Positions 63,981 through 64,000 of a DNA stretch of 64,000 nt are shown here, one piece after another. Source of the DNA: Eledone cirrhosa. Taxonomy: Eukaryota. The stretch spans positions 15,500,001 through 15,564,000 of the forward strand of contig OZ024743.1 in assembly GCA_964016885.1 (NCBI GenBank), given 5' to 3'. The notes beneath the pieces are model-generated. The model had not been told where the DNA came from. It did not search any database and saw nothing but the letters and a program-made list of their open reading frames with translations. Numbering within the stretch: position 1 is the first letter of the stretch; every line of letters begins with the position of its first letter. A program made the position numbers and the translations under genes.

Positions 63981-64000
63981 GACTAGTCTTGTGCATCAAC

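Overview
AT-rich eukaryotic DNA dominated by repeats, with no prokaryotic operon or CRISPR signal. The SINE families, the LINE spectrum (RTE, Tx1-like, R4/Dong, CR1, Penelope, CRE) and the (TA)n/(CA)n density suggest an octopus or other cephalopod genome (inference). The only long ORF (10656-12995, -) is the reverse transcriptase of a 5'-truncated RTE LINE carrying an embedded PHD-type zinc finger. The window also holds fragments of five other non-LTR/Penelope clades, about 11 copies of one tRNA-derived SINE (several with clear target-site duplications) and two Helentron/HINE-like elements. A series of minus-strand exon-like segments with GT-AG signals suggests an unidentified multi-exon host gene, partly disrupted by stop codons. 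The most notable unexplained structures are: hammerhead-ribozyme motifs (41411, 54737, 60249); four long palindromes or inverted repeats between 41.0 and 54.6 kb; a run of five consecutive hairpins at 37.8 kb; and an exact 223-bp duplication of flank plus element end inside a Helentron-like element. All alignments and counts were done by eye, so boundaries are approximate. I found no clearly novel multi-gene system.
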